From NCBI GenBank assembly GCA_046045965.1, contig JBJOKS010000021.1, positions 1 to 64,000 on the forward strand: a stretch of DNA of 64,000 nucleotides, read 5' to 3'. This DNA is from Cyanobacteriota bacterium (GTDB lineage Bacteria > Cyanobacteriota > Cyanobacteriia > Cyanobacteriales > Nostocaceae). Every line of letters begins with the position of its first letter. Within the stretch, counting starts at the first letter, position 1. The notes under the pieces are model-generated. The model saw nothing but the letters and a program-made list of their open reading frames with translations, was not told the DNA's origin and did not search any database. The position numbers and the translations under genes were made by a program. This document shows, piece by piece, positions 10,444 to 20,792 of this stretch.

Positions 10444-11418
10444 TTAATCTATTATTAATTTATTATTAATCAAGAATTTTTCAAAAGCTTCAAATTGTTC
10501 CTTACTAATGTTCGATTCTTGAATTGCTTGTTGGTTTCTTTGAATATGCTGAGAATTAAACATACTGATGACAATTGCATAAGGTGAATAAATCGTTTGA
10601 AAATATGATAATATTATTTCATACATATCTTCTTGGTGTTCCAGTTTTCTACCAAAAATAGATTCAATTTCCGAACTAAGATTCTTAGTGGTGATTTGCT
10701 CAAATATCAAGGGAATGCTCGGAGATATCCTCAAAGGAGAATACATGACAATTTTGATATTTTGATCAGCAAGATTTTTCAAAACTAGAGGATTATGCTT
10801 ACCAATAGACTCGCAAGCAATTTGAATTAAATCAGGCTTAATCTTTTTAGAAATGAAGAAATTATTTAGTAAATCTATAGATTGATATGTAGTAAATCCA
10901 TAGCTTTTAATTTTACCACATTTTTTCTGATCTTCTAAAAATTCAATCACCTCAAAAATATTATTTGATCCATTTTCAAAATTATAATCGTGGAACAAAA
11001 TATTATCAATATAATCTGTACGCAGTGATTTCAAACTAGCATCTAAGCTAATCATTGCGTTTTCCACTGTAAAATCTATCTTCGGTGCAACCTGACTAGC
11101 AGCAGACTTGACTATTGTTTGAGTTTGGGGGATAGAACTAACAATATTTCTGGCTAACGTCTTAGCTATTCTGATAAATTTATTGTTACGTGGACTCAAA
11201 CCAAACTTGGTGGTAATTTCTACGTTTTCTCTCTTAATTTTTTCTTGTATGAAGAAGTTTCCTAAAAGTGATTCTGCTTCACCCCAACCATAAGATCTGG
11301 CTATGTCAAAATAGTTAATACCTGTTTCGTGTGCTACTTTAAGAGCATAAAGACTATCTTTTTTGCCAACTTTGCCTAATATAGAAGCACAGCCAAAACC
11401 CAGTTTAGTTGCTATCAT
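10444..11418 (-). CDS. Aldo/keto reductase
   Basis: LGFGC, GINYFDIARSYGWGEAESLLG, TTKFG, SLKSLRTDYID..LFHD; D-Y-K-H tetrad present. Confidence 0.88.
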   Translation of the reverse strand: MIATKLGFGCASILGKVGKKDSLYALKVAHETGINYFDIARSYGWGEAESLLGNFFIQEKIKRENVEITTKFGLSPRNNKFIRIAKTLARNIVSSIPQTQTIVKSAASQVAPKIDFTVENAMISLDASLKSLRTDYIDNILFHDYNFENGSNNIFEVIEFLEDQKKCGKIKSYGFTTYQSIDLLNNFFISKKIKPDLIQIACESIGKHNPLVLKNLADQNIKIVMYSPLRISPSIPLIFEQITTKNLSSEIESIFGRKLEHQEDMYEIILSYFQTIYSPYAIVISMFNSQHIQRNQQAIQESNISKEQFEAFEKFLINNKLIID

Positions 11419-11419
11419 A

Positions 11420-12313
11420 TTAAAAATACCTCAATTGTAAAAATAAGCGATCGCGTTCAATGGGAGCTAAAGCTTTATGGAAGCATGAAGCATCCTCAAG
11501 AAAACATTTACCTGCCTTACCTTGAATTGTAATAATGTCCGTTGGAGAATAATTTTGATGAATTAACTCTTCAGGAACACGCGCACTACGCAAAAGCATA
11601 GACATCTTTTTATTTACATGACTTCCTTTGACAAGAATATGTGCGCCACTTTTGACATCGACATCAGTTAGATAGAAAGAAATATAGAAGAAGTTGAATC
11701 CATGTATATCGTAATGGTAGTCAATAGTTTGAAACTGGCTGCGTCTTTCTTCTGGAGATAAATTATCTGCAAAACTCCACCACAGCTTTACATCACAATT
11801 AGTAGGATAGTAGCCCAGGTATTGTGACGAAATATCTAACAAGTAACTATCATATCTAAGATTGTATACTTCTTTGATTTCTAGAGGCTGCTCTACATCA
11901 GCCGTTGCAATTTTATGATGATGTTTGATATTATCCTGATATTCAGGATAGGTAAAAGTCAAATTCTTAGCAGATACAATCAGGTTTTTAGTCTTAGCGG
12001 CTGCTACTATAGATGCGACTGATTGTTGATTTAGCTGAAGTTGGTCATAGTATGAGTTATGAGCAATGTAACTAGATATTTCTTCGATAGAAATATTAGA
12101 GTCATTTAATATCTGGGTATCAAACTTTAAATTATTTTCAATCTTCTCTTTTTGAAAAAGTTGCTTAATTTTTTTGTAGAGGGAATAATATTTTCTGAAT
12201 ATATAAAATCTCCCAAAAATATACCCAAATTTACCGTTTAATATTTTCTTGATGAGAACGCGATAATCTAATTTAGGGTTATCAGATGTATATGCTAAGT
12301 TAGGCTGAGTCAT
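11420..12313 (-). CDS. PhyH-like Fe(II)/2-oxoglutarate dioxygenase-fold protein
   Basis: YHYD (HxD), FYLTDV...GAHILVKGSH, distal FHKA and a conserved R (RDRLFLQ). Confidence 0.7.
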   Translation of the reverse strand: MTQPNLAYTSDNPKLDYRVLIKKILNGKFGYIFGRFYIFRKYYSLYKKIKQLFQKEKIENNLKFDTQILNDSNISIEEISSYIAHNSYYDQLQLNQQSVASIVAAAKTKNLIVSAKNLTFTYPEYQDNIKHHHKIATADVEQPLEIKEVYNLRYDSYLLDISSQYLGYYPTNCDVKLWWSFADNLSPEERRSQFQTIDYHYDIHGFNFFYISFYLTDVDVKSGAHILVKGSHVNKKMSMLLRSARVPEELIHQNYSPTDIITIQGKAGKCFLEDASCFHKALAPIERDRLFLQLRYF

Positions 12314-12342
12314 AATTTTAGATTAGCTTTGATTTACTGTTT

Positions 12343-13509
12343 TTAGATTATGTCTTGATAAACTGAAAGCATTTTTGAGGCGATGCGATCCCATGTATAA
12401 TTTTCTATAATAAACTGACGAGCGCGATCGCCTGTAGCTTTTACTTCTTGAGGATGATTGAGAGAATATTCTATGGTCTTGGCAATTTCCACAATATCTA
12501 GTTCGGGAACATAACCAACATGATTTTCCATAATTATAGAGGCTAAAGCCACACCAGGAGTAACAATAGTAGTTAGACCTGCGGCCATTGCTTCTAGTAC
12601 AACAACTCCAAAATTTTCCGAATGAGAGGTGAGAGCAAAGATATCAGATCCTTGTAGTAAAATATCTTTCATTTCACCCGTTACAAACCCCGGTCGATAG
12701 GTACAATGATCAAGTTTATGACTGATCAATAATTCGCTGATTTCAGCTTCATAGTCTGGAGAACCATTACCTGCTAAGATGAATGTAAAATCTTGTTCTT
12801 TGATCTTACTCAAAGCAGGAATGAGATAATCTAAGCCCTTTTTATAATGTAATCGAGATAAAAATAAGATAATTGGTTGTTCAGGAGGTATGTTAAACAG
12901 CTCTCGTAATTTTTGGCGAGCATGGGGAATGGGAGGTGGAATTTGCAAGCCTAATGGCATGATCACAGGTGCAACTCCTAGACCTAACCGTTCAATTTCT
13001 TGAACTTCCTTCGCTGAAGTCAGTTGTAAAATGCGGCTATTTTTTAGATTGCTACGTTCTATCAATGATAAATATATTTGTTTCTTAAGTTTGCTTTGTT
13101 GTAGTGACCACTCACACAGTAAACCATGAGGTTGATTAATATAAGGTATTTTTTGAAGTCTAGCAATTATCATTGCTACAGTTGAGGTATAGGAAAATAA
13201 GGCATGAATATGCACTATGTCATACTCACTAATATGTTTCCAGAGCCATTTTGTGAACTCCCAGGAAAAGATAAATTCACGGACAAAAGAGACTTGGGGA
13301 GAGAAGCGGGGGAAGAACCAAGTAGGAATTTTTTGGTACTCAGTTAGTTGAGATAATGGTACATCAAGCAAATCAATTCCGTTGTCATTAGTTGTTAATA
13401 GTTCTACATTAACTCCGCTAGTTTGTAAAGCTTGCAGCATTTCCAATACGGCTTGACTTGCTCCTCCACGATGCCAACCGACAGAAGGAGTGATATGAAG
13501 AATCTTCAT
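12343..13509 (-). CDS. Glycosyltransferase family 4
   Basis: MKILHI..GG, FLSRLHYKKG, SHSENFGVVVLEAMAAG. Confidence 0.92.
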   Translation of the reverse strand: MKILHITPSVGWHRGGASQAVLEMLQALQTSGVNVELLTTNDNGIDLLDVPLSQLTEYQKIPTWFFPRFSPQVSFVREFIFSWEFTKWLWKHISEYDIVHIHALFSYTSTVAMIIARLQKIPYINQPHGLLCEWSLQQSKLKKQIYLSLIERSNLKNSRILQLTSAKEVQEIERLGLGVAPVIMPLGLQIPPPIPHARQKLRELFNIPPEQPIILFLSRLHYKKGLDYLIPALSKIKEQDFTFILAGNGSPDYEAEISELLISHKLDHCTYRPGFVTGEMKDILLQGSDIFALTSHSENFGVVVLEAMAAGLTTIVTPGVALASIIMENHVGYVPELDIVEIAKTIEYSLNHPQEVKATGDRARQFIIENYTWDRIASKMLSVYQDII

Positions 13510-14876
13510 GATTCAGACGAAAACATATAATTTTTGTATTGTTGAGATATGAAATAATCATAATCTCGCTGTGCAGCTTCAATAATATAGTTGCCAAGGA
13601 CAAGATATAGAAAAACTGCCAAAATAGAAAATGTCAAATTACCTAGTAGATAGGCTTCGGAAATACCACCAACCAGCAGAGAAAGTAACCCAGACATGAC
13701 CACACTACATTTTAGATAATAATCTGGACTAATTGTTGATAGACGCTCCAGCTTGAAAATCATTTTTATGCTAGTCCAAGCGAACATGAGCATTGGGAAT
13801 GCACCAACTAAACCCATACTTCCCAAGACACCCAGCCATGAACTTTCACCAAAACGCAGGCGATCGCCTTGCAAGGGTGCGCCAAATAGAGGATACTCTA
13901 TAAATCTTCCCCAATAGGCGTTCCAAACCCCTGCACGGGTGTTGCTGTCTAAATCATCCCATTTGTTCCAAGTTTTGGATAATATTCCTGATGTGTCCGC
14001 ATCTGTAGGACCGAGTTCAGGCATAAACAGTGCTGCAATGACGGCGAAAATCAGTGCTATTCGCAAAAACTTGCCACCCCGGTAACGGAAGAAAATCAGG
14101 ATCGAGACCACAGCCATAATTGCACCTGTGCGGGAGGCCGTCATTAATAAGCCAAATACTGCCAAACCCAAAAATGCTCCCCATAGACCTTTGAGCCAAA
14201 GGTTTTTTTGATTCTGAAAGAACAAGAACAGGAAACAAGGCAGAGTAGCAGTAATTAAAACTGCTGCATGGTGAGGATTACCAGTAGTACCCAAGAACCA
14301 TCCATGCAGAAAAGTAATAGCATATAAGTCCCTGGTTGCTTGATAAATATTGGCAATACCAAAAATTACCCCTACCATAGCGATCGCCCAAACTCCTAGT
14401 TGAAAATTCTGGTCATTCTGAAGCCATCGCGATGGACCCAGAATCACCATTAAAACTAATGCCCCAAAGGTAGCAGCACTCAAAATAGCAAATCCTAAAT
14501 CTCCATAAGCCAATATCTTCCAAAAAATTACACATTGAACCAAAACAATATAAAGAATGGGCTGGGGTATAATTTTTTTGCGCCATATATTCTTCGCTTT
14601 TAAGGCAATAACTATTAACAACCCTAAGAAAACGATCGTTAATGGTCTTCCCAATTCACGAATTTGTTGTAGGGGAAACACTAAAGCTGGGGCTTCCGTT
14701 ATAAATTCGTTGGTAAATTTATTAAGTGATGCCGTAAAACCAAAAAGAGCCACCAAAAACCAACATAAGCGCGGGTGTTTTTGGTTAGCTTGTATTATTA
14801 TAAATAACCCAACACCTATAAGCATCAAACCCAAGGGCGTGGTAATAAAATCAATTAATTTACTGACAAAATCCAT
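13506..14876 (-). CDS. O-antigen ligase / Wzy polymerase-like membrane protein
   Basis: About 11-12 TM helices; GTTGNPH, LMTASRTG, TRAGVW...YPLFG (Wzy_C-like). Confidence 0.8.
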   Translation of the reverse strand: MDFVSKLIDFITTPLGLMLIGVGLFIIIQANQKHPRLCWFLVALFGFTASLNKFTNEFITEAPALVFPLQQIRELGRPLTIVFLGLLIVIALKAKNIWRKKIIPQPILYIVLVQCVIFWKILAYGDLGFAILSAATFGALVLMVILGPSRWLQNDQNFQLGVWAIAMVGVIFGIANIYQATRDLYAITFLHGWFLGTTGNPHHAAVLITATLPCFLFLFFQNQKNLWLKGLWGAFLGLAVFGLLMTASRTGAIMAVVSILIFFRYRGGKFLRIALIFAVIAALFMPELGPTDADTSGILSKTWNKWDDLDSNTRAGVWNAYWGRFIEYPLFGAPLQGDRLRFGESSWLGVLGSMGLVGAFPMLMFAWTSIKMIFKLERLSTISPDYYLKCSVVMSGLLSLLVGGISEAYLLGNLTFSILAVFLYLVLGNYIIEAAQRDYDYFISQQYKNYMFSSES

Positions 14877-14900
14877 AAATGCCTTCGTTAATGCACAGAG

Positions 14901-15959
14901 TTAATGCACAGATTTGATGATGTTTAACCAACGCTCTGCCCATATTTCTGCTGAGTATGCTTGAGCTAAAACTTGAGCGCGTTTTCCCCATACTGGCAAA
15001 TCATGATCAGAATTATGTATTCTTAGTAAAGCTTTAGTCAAAGCATGAGTATCATCCGCAGGAATAATGAGTCCATTATATCCAGATCGGATGACTTCTA
15101 CTGACGAGCCACAAACTTGAGTGCAGACAACAGGTAAACCAGCAGCAGCAGCTTCAACCAGTGCTAATGGCCAGGGATCAAAGCGACTAGGTAGTAAAAA
15201 AGCACCTGCATTTAGCCAAACATCTTTCATCTCGTTGGGTTGGACAAAACCAAGGTTGTCAATTCCTGGTTGCGATTCTAACTTTGAGTCTAATTCACCC
15301 TTACCACAACAAATTAAATTCCAAGGGTCTTGAACTTCTAAACGATACTGTTGATAGGCATCTGCTAAAATATCTATTGCTTTATCATGGCTGTATCTAC
15401 CAACAAACAGGAAAGAACGTGGCCAAGATGACCGCTGTCGTTCTTCCCATAGAGGCGACCAAACTTGATAATCTATTCCATATAGTCCCAAAGAAATATT
15501 TTTTAAAGGTATTCCTAAACGCCGAGCATACTGCCAACTTCGCTCACCAGTAACAACTACATGAGCCATACGTCGTAAATAAGAGCGTAACATCAAAGGT
15601 GCTAAATATTGTTTCCAATTACCCCACCAAGGAGTATCCATACCCATGATGAAACTCACGTTTTGCAGTCGTGGTGAAAAAGCTAATTGACGATAGGGTG
15701 AATGAAACCATCCACACAGAACTACCACATCAGGATTTTCCTGACTCACCAATTGCTCTATTAATTCTGGTTTATTGCGCTCCTGTAAATCCAAAAGACG
15801 GTGGGGAATACCCTGCATTAACTCATCAGCAAAAGCAGTTTGAGTCCGAGCTTGGAAAGCAATGATAAACACTTCTATTTCAGGTATGGCTTGCAATGCT
15901 CGCCAGCAAGCTGTCATGTAGCCAGAAATATCAGCCCAGCAGAAAACAACTTTAGGCAT
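14901..15959 (-). CDS. Glycosyltransferase family 4
   Basis: FLFVGRYSHDK, LPSRFDPWPLALVEAAAAGLPVV. Confidence 0.9.
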   Translation of the reverse strand: MPKVVFCWADISGYMTACWRALQAIPEIEVFIIAFQARTQTAFADELMQGIPHRLLDLQERNKPELIEQLVSQENPDVVVLCGWFHSPYRQLAFSPRLQNVSFIMGMDTPWWGNWKQYLAPLMLRSYLRRMAHVVVTGERSWQYARRLGIPLKNISLGLYGIDYQVWSPLWEERQRSSWPRSFLFVGRYSHDKAIDILADAYQQYRLEVQDPWNLICCGKGELDSKLESQPGIDNLGFVQPNEMKDVWLNAGAFLLPSRFDPWPLALVEAAAAGLPVVCTQVCGSSVEVIRSGYNGLIIPADDTHALTKALLRIHNSDHDLPVWGKRAQVLAQAYSAEIWAERWLNIIKSVH

Positions 15960-16043
15960 TATTTGATGGTGTACCTAACAAAAATTATCAGCAATTATAC
16001 TTAAATTCATGAACTTGGATAATTTATGATGTCTACGATTCTT

Positions 16044-16988
16044 CTATTTATACTGTTGCACGAGAAGGCGTAAGAACAACATAAATTTTTCCAACAGGGT
16101 AAAGGAGGGTAGTGGTTCAAATTTTAGCAATTCTGGTTCATGGAGTAGTTGCATTGAATCGTTATTGGTAACATTCCCCATAATTGGTTGAATCCACGGT
16201 TTACCAGGGCCGGCAAAGTGAATCACTTTAGCACTACCAATAATTTCCTGAATAGATTGTAAATCTTCGATTTTCTTAGATTTACCCATATATGTGATTT
16301 TGTTTAACTTAATATCATTGAGGCTTCTTTTTTTCGTACCAGTTACTATAGCCACAGAACTTGGTGAAAACAACCGTACATCTTGACAAAGATGCCCAGC
16401 AATTAGCGCCCAGCAGGTTTGTTCACTCCACCAATTAGTTTTACCTTTACTGATATACTTTTGAGTTATAAATTCAATAAAATCGAATTTAATATTTTCC
16501 GGTCTAAAAAGCAAGAATCCCGCATTAACTCCAGGAATGATTTTTGTTTGAAAAGCAACTAAAGGATCAGCAGAATAACCTGGTACTTCATCGACACAAA
16601 AGGCAAAATCAGGTAAATCAGATGGTAATTGAACTGGAGCCGTTATACCTATATCAGTATCAATACTCAATATATAATCATAGTCAGAAAAATAAATTGA
16701 AAAATCAACAATACGCTTATAAAAAACACAAAGCTTGCGCTGATTATCAATTGCTGGATATTGTTTCAATATCGAGTTTATTTTTTCTTCATATAACTCT
16801 GTATTGATAAATTTACCGCCACTTAATAATTCAATTTCTTGTTTTTGCTCTGAATTTAGAGTTCCATCAGAGACAAAAAATTTATCAATTTCCGTTAAGC
16901 AATTCTTCCAAGTACCAACACATAATGGAAACCAATCTTGCTTACGCGAGTAATTATTACAAAGTGCAACAAGAGCTATTTTTTTCAT
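16044..16988 (-). CDS. Putative GT-A fold glycosyltransferase (GT8-like)
   Basis: LSIDTDI (DxD), VNAGFLL, EQTCWA, VIHFAGPGKPW. Confidence 0.72.
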   Translation of the reverse strand: MKKIALVALCNNYSRKQDWFPLCVGTWKNCLTEIDKFFVSDGTLNSEQKQEIELLSGGKFINTELYEEKINSILKQYPAIDNQRKLCVFYKRIVDFSIYFSDYDYILSIDTDIGITAPVQLPSDLPDFAFCVDEVPGYSADPLVAFQTKIIPGVNAGFLLFRPENIKFDFIEFITQKYISKGKTNWWSEQTCWALIAGHLCQDVRLFSPSSVAIVTGTKKRSLNDIKLNKITYMGKSKKIEDLQSIQEIIGSAKVIHFAGPGKPWIQPIMGNVTNNDSMQLLHEPELLKFEPLPSFTLLEKFMLFLRLLVQQYK

Positions 16989-17869
16989 ATAAACTCCGGA
17001 AAATACAATTTAGTTAGTTCTAAACAGTGCCTGTTCACACACTTATTGATATGTTCTTTCTGAATATTATCTAAATCTACCAAGCGACTTGAAGTTCTAT
17101 TTTGGTGCATTTTTCTAGTTTCAAATTTACTATAGTCTATCCCAATAAAACTAGCGATTTCTTCTATTTTGGAATTCAATTCACTAGTTTTTAATATCAA
17201 CAACCTTTCTTGAGGTACAGTTTCAATTACTTTCCTATGATGGTAATTCCAATGTTTAAGGTAAGCCGATACCGAATGCAGTCCTTGTTCTAGTAATTTT
17301 CTATCTTCTTCTTCAGCGTCATTATCTTTAAAATATTCATTGAATAAAATTTCCCAGTAAGATTCTTGAACATCGGCTTTGGTTGCAGCTTCCTGGTTGA
17401 CCATTGACTGCACCCATGAGTAAGGATCTCTAATCGGTAAAATAAATTTAGCATCAGGAAATTTGGCAACCAAAATATCAATCCAATCAACTAAAAACCA
17501 GGAAGATTCTAACTCTAGGTTCAGGAATTTATCTCGTCTTTGAATATATTGAGCTAATTCTTCTTGATTTATTTTTCCTTGTAGAAATAGTGCAGTTGTT
17601 AGACATGACTGCCTTGGTAGGGCTTCATGAGCAGTATTATAATAGGGTTTTAATATCCGACCTAAGGAAGTTGTCCCACTCTTCATTGTGCCGACAACAT
17701 AACAATGAAATTTACGTTCTCTGTGACTTTTTAAAGAAGATAACAATGGCAATGTTAAATTATCAATCGCATATTTAGTCCACATATAGGGACGATAAAG
17801 AGGAGAGTTAAGTAATTTTCGAGTGACAGGTGAATTTTGCCAACGGTTCTTTTGATTTATCTTCACCAT
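16985..17869 (-). CDS. Sulfotransferase family protein
   Basis: 5'-PSB VGTMKSGTTSL; 3'-PB FILPIRDPYSWVQS. Confidence 0.88.
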   Translation of the reverse strand: MVKINQKNRWQNSPVTRKLLNSPLYRPYMWTKYAIDNLTLPLLSSLKSHRERKFHCYVVGTMKSGTTSLGRILKPYYNTAHEALPRQSCLTTALFLQGKINQEELAQYIQRRDKFLNLELESSWFLVDWIDILVAKFPDAKFILPIRDPYSWVQSMVNQEAATKADVQESYWEILFNEYFKDNDAEEEDRKLLEQGLHSVSAYLKHWNYHHRKVIETVPQERLLILKTSELNSKIEEIASFIGIDYSKFETRKMHQNRTSSRLVDLDNIQKEHINKCVNRHCLELTKLYFPEFI

Positions 17870-17945
17870 TTTTATTTCCTATCGTATTATTAATTCGGTA
17901 TTATTAATCTATGTTAGAGAATAGTGAATTGAGCAATTTATTTAA

Positions 17946-18584
17946 TCATTTTTGGCATTGAATACCTAGTTCTAAAGTCCAACGTTCTGGATCTTCAACA
18001 TCTTTAAATAAATCTATACCAGAATCACCAAATTTAGCTCGGCGAATGTTTTGAAAACCAGCTTTGCTCAATTCTAAAGATAGAGAATTGTAATCATACA
18101 TCCATAGATGAGTATTACCAGCTAACCAATCCTTAATAAAACTAAGTATATCTCTTTGACGATTTTCTTTACCCAGCCAAGTGATTCTCATAAATTCATG
18201 GGCAGCTTCGGGAGTATTTGAGTGAATATATTCTTTCGCCATAATTTCCAAATCTGGAACTACCAAACGAAAAATTCCATCTGGTTGGAGATGTTTGTAA
18301 CAATTAGCTAATGCATAACGTAATTCTTCCAAACTTATATGTTCGAGAACATGAGAACAGTATAGTAATTCTACGCTTTCATCTGGAATTGGCAAACCTT
18401 CAACAATATCACCATACTTAACATTTGTGGGATAGCGCCCAAAAGGGCCAGATGGAATCAAACCTCCAAAAATAGGTAATCTTTGCAAGCGCATAGCTGG
18501 ACTGGAATCAAAATTCAACCATCTTGGAGGAGCGCAAAGACCACAACCAAACTGAGTAAACCTTGCTTCTGTAGGTGACAACAT
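17946..18584 (-). CDS. Class I SAM-dependent methyltransferase
   Basis: QFGCG...WLNFD, GDIVEGLPIPDESV, YCSHVLEH, LQPDGIFRLVVPD. Confidence 0.85.
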   Translation of the reverse strand: MLSPTEARFTQFGCGLCAPPRWLNFDSSPAMRLQRLPIFGGLIPSGPFGRYPTNVKYGDIVEGLPIPDESVELLYCSHVLEHISLEELRYALANCYKHLQPDGIFRLVVPDLEIMAKEYIHSNTPEAAHEFMRITWLGKENRQRDILSFIKDWLAGNTHLWMYDYNSLSLELSKAGFQNIRRAKFGDSGIDLFKDVEDPERWTLELGIQCQK

Positions 18585-18617
18585 AAATATTTACCTATTA
18601 ATTTAGCTATTAGTGCG

Positions 18618-19745
18618 TTAAATATACTCGTAAAATGCTTGCTGTACAAGATTGACGCACCTTGACCAAGTATACTGTTTTGCGTGTTCTTGTCCGCGTT
18701 GGCTATAATCTTGTCGCAGTTGTGAATTTTCCTGAAGTTGGATTAGGGTATCAACAATACTATCTGTATCTTCGGGTTCGACAACAATACCTGCTGTATC
18801 CACTACTTCTGGTAATGAAGCTCGTTTACTGACTACTGAAGGAGTTCCTGCGGCCATTGATTCTATTGCGGGAATGCCAAAACCTTCATAATGAGAAAGA
18901 AACAATAATGAAGAAGCACAACGCATCAGCAAAGGTAAATCACTATCCGGTACAACTCCCAATAATTTCACATTCGGTAAATCTTTAGTTGCTGCAATAT
19001 ATTCTGGTTCTGAATCTCCAGCAACTACAATTTGTATATCAGAATTGGCATCTAGTAAACCTTTGGCTACATCTAGGACAAAATCTGCACCTTTTCTTAA
19101 TCTTAATCCACCTATAACGAAGGTATAAGGATTATTGACAGGTCTTTCTAGGTCAACCGGATTAATATTAGCTATATCATAAAACGGCTGTTCTACTCCA
19201 CAACCGACAACAACTATTTTATTTGCATCTGCTCCAAGTAATTCAATCATTCGGCGTTTAGAGAATTCGGAGATGGTAAAAATAACCCGATAATTAGTTA
19301 AAGCCTTATAAATCCACTGACTCCATTTATACCGAAACCAGCGATGTTGACGAGTATTTGACCAAGGTAAATGAGTCTCAAATGCTTGCAAATCATAAAT
19401 AGTCACAGCAACTGGACAAGATGACACAGGAATATAAGTTTCCATTGGCGTAAATAACCAATCTGTGTTTGCAGAAAGGTATTTATCCATTTTGGGAAAT
19501 TGAGTTAATTTCCAAAGTCTTTCTGTGAAATTCTCTGGTAATGGGAAAGTCTTTAAAGGTATATCTCGCAATGGGGAACGCGGGTCAAGTTTGCCATCTA
19601 GCTGTAACCATTGATGGGAACATAGCAATTCTAACTTGATATTTTCCTGTGCTGCTAATCCCAGCAAGGTATTGTTGATATGTCTTCCTGCACCTGTGCA
19701 GGGTAAGTAGGTGCGGATGGGGTGGATATAGGAGATGATATTCAC
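18618..19745 (-). CDS. Glycosyltransferase family 4
   Basis: TIYDL, TISEFSK, LRKG, SHYEGFGIPAIESMAAGTP. Confidence 0.92.
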   Translation of the reverse strand: MNIISYIHPIRTYLPCTGAGRHINNTLLGLAAQENIKLELLCSHQWLQLDGKLDPRSPLRDIPLKTFPLPENFTERLWKLTQFPKMDKYLSANTDWLFTPMETYIPVSSCPVAVTIYDLQAFETHLPWSNTRQHRWFRYKWSQWIYKALTNYRVIFTISEFSKRRMIELLGADANKIVVVGCGVEQPFYDIANINPVDLERPVNNPYTFVIGGLRLRKGADFVLDVAKGLLDANSDIQIVVAGDSEPEYIAATKDLPNVKLLGVVPDSDLPLLMRCASSLLFLSHYEGFGIPAIESMAAGTPSVVSKRASLPEVVDTAGIVVEPEDTDSIVDTLIQLQENSQLRQDYSQRGQEHAKQYTWSRCVNLVQQAFYEYI

Positions 19746-19788
19746 GAAAAAAGTTCAATAAAGTTAAATAATTATCAATATTTCCAAC

Positions 19789-20688
19789 TTATAAAGCTAA
19801 CTCTCGTTTTGTTTGTGCTACTTTCATTTTCACCTGAAAATATTTATACAAAGAGTATAAATAATAATAGGGAAGATAAAAATAAATTTTATGAAATACA
19901 TAAATACACCAAAATTTTAAATTGTATTTATTTTGATGCACAATAGCTTCTAAATTTTCAATCCAGTTAGATAAATCTAACGGTAATACAATTGCCATTC
20001 TTTTTACTTTTGGCAACCATTCTACAGCAATATACCATTTGATAAATGCTGGTATTTCTGATTTTAATTCTTCTTTTGATTGGTTAGGTTTTTTGAGAAG
20101 AGCATTTTCATCTATGTTTGAATTAACTTCTAAAAAATCCAAAATTCTCATTAATACGCCTTGAGGATCTGAAGATATATTCTCAAATTTTTCTAAAAAA
20201 ATCTTATCTTTACCCAGATGTTCAGACCAGATTTGATAGGTTCTTGCATAGTCAGTCAATCTTCGTGATAATCCATTATCCACGGATCTTAAAAGAAAGA
20301 GAAGATTAGTATTAGTTGATGCTTTTTTATCAACATGAGAATATGTCCATCTGCGAGTAATGGAAGATATCAGCCGATCTAATGGATTTCTAATGATTAA
20401 AATAACTTTGAGGTCAGGAATAAATTCTTTAACCAAAGCTACTTCTTCTGCGTACATAGCCGCATAAGTAGGTGAAATTTCTCCTGCAAGACAATTTTTG
20501 TTATGTTCAAAATTTCTCAGATAATCTGCTAATTTCTGTTGATTTATTGAACCTGACCAAAAGTTCATTTCTTTGCGTTTTGGTAAACATAATTGAGGAT
20601 GCTGTTTCAAGACTAAATGAAGAAATGTAGAAGCACATCTTTCACTACCAAGTCCCAAAAAATGTAAGTTTATATCTAAATTTCGCAT
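19789..20688 (-). CDS. Sulfotransferase family protein
   Basis: GLGSERCASTFL (variant 5'-PSB), KEMNFW, GEISPTY, IIRNPLDRLIS. ATG at 20688 preferred; the ORF extends to 20730. Confidence 0.85.
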   Translation of the reverse strand: MRNLDINLHFLGLGSERCASTFLHLVLKQHPQLCLPKRKEMNFWSGSINQQKLADYLRNFEHNKNCLAGEISPTYAAMYAEEVALVKEFIPDLKVILIIRNPLDRLISSITRRWTYSHVDKKASTNTNLLFLLRSVDNGLSRRLTDYARTYQIWSEHLGKDKIFLEKFENISSDPQGVLMRILDFLEVNSNIDENALLKKPNQSKEELKSEIPAFIKWYIAVEWLPKVKRMAIVLPLDLSNWIENLEAIVHQNKYNLKFWCIYVFHKIYFYLPYYYLYSLYKYFQVKMKVAQTKRELAL

Positions 20689-20792
20689 AACATTAATCCA
20701 AAATAGAAAATAGATAGATGAATGAAACATGATTACAGGTGTAATTAACCCAAAATCTAAACATTATTTTGTAGTTTAGTTATTGCAAAACT

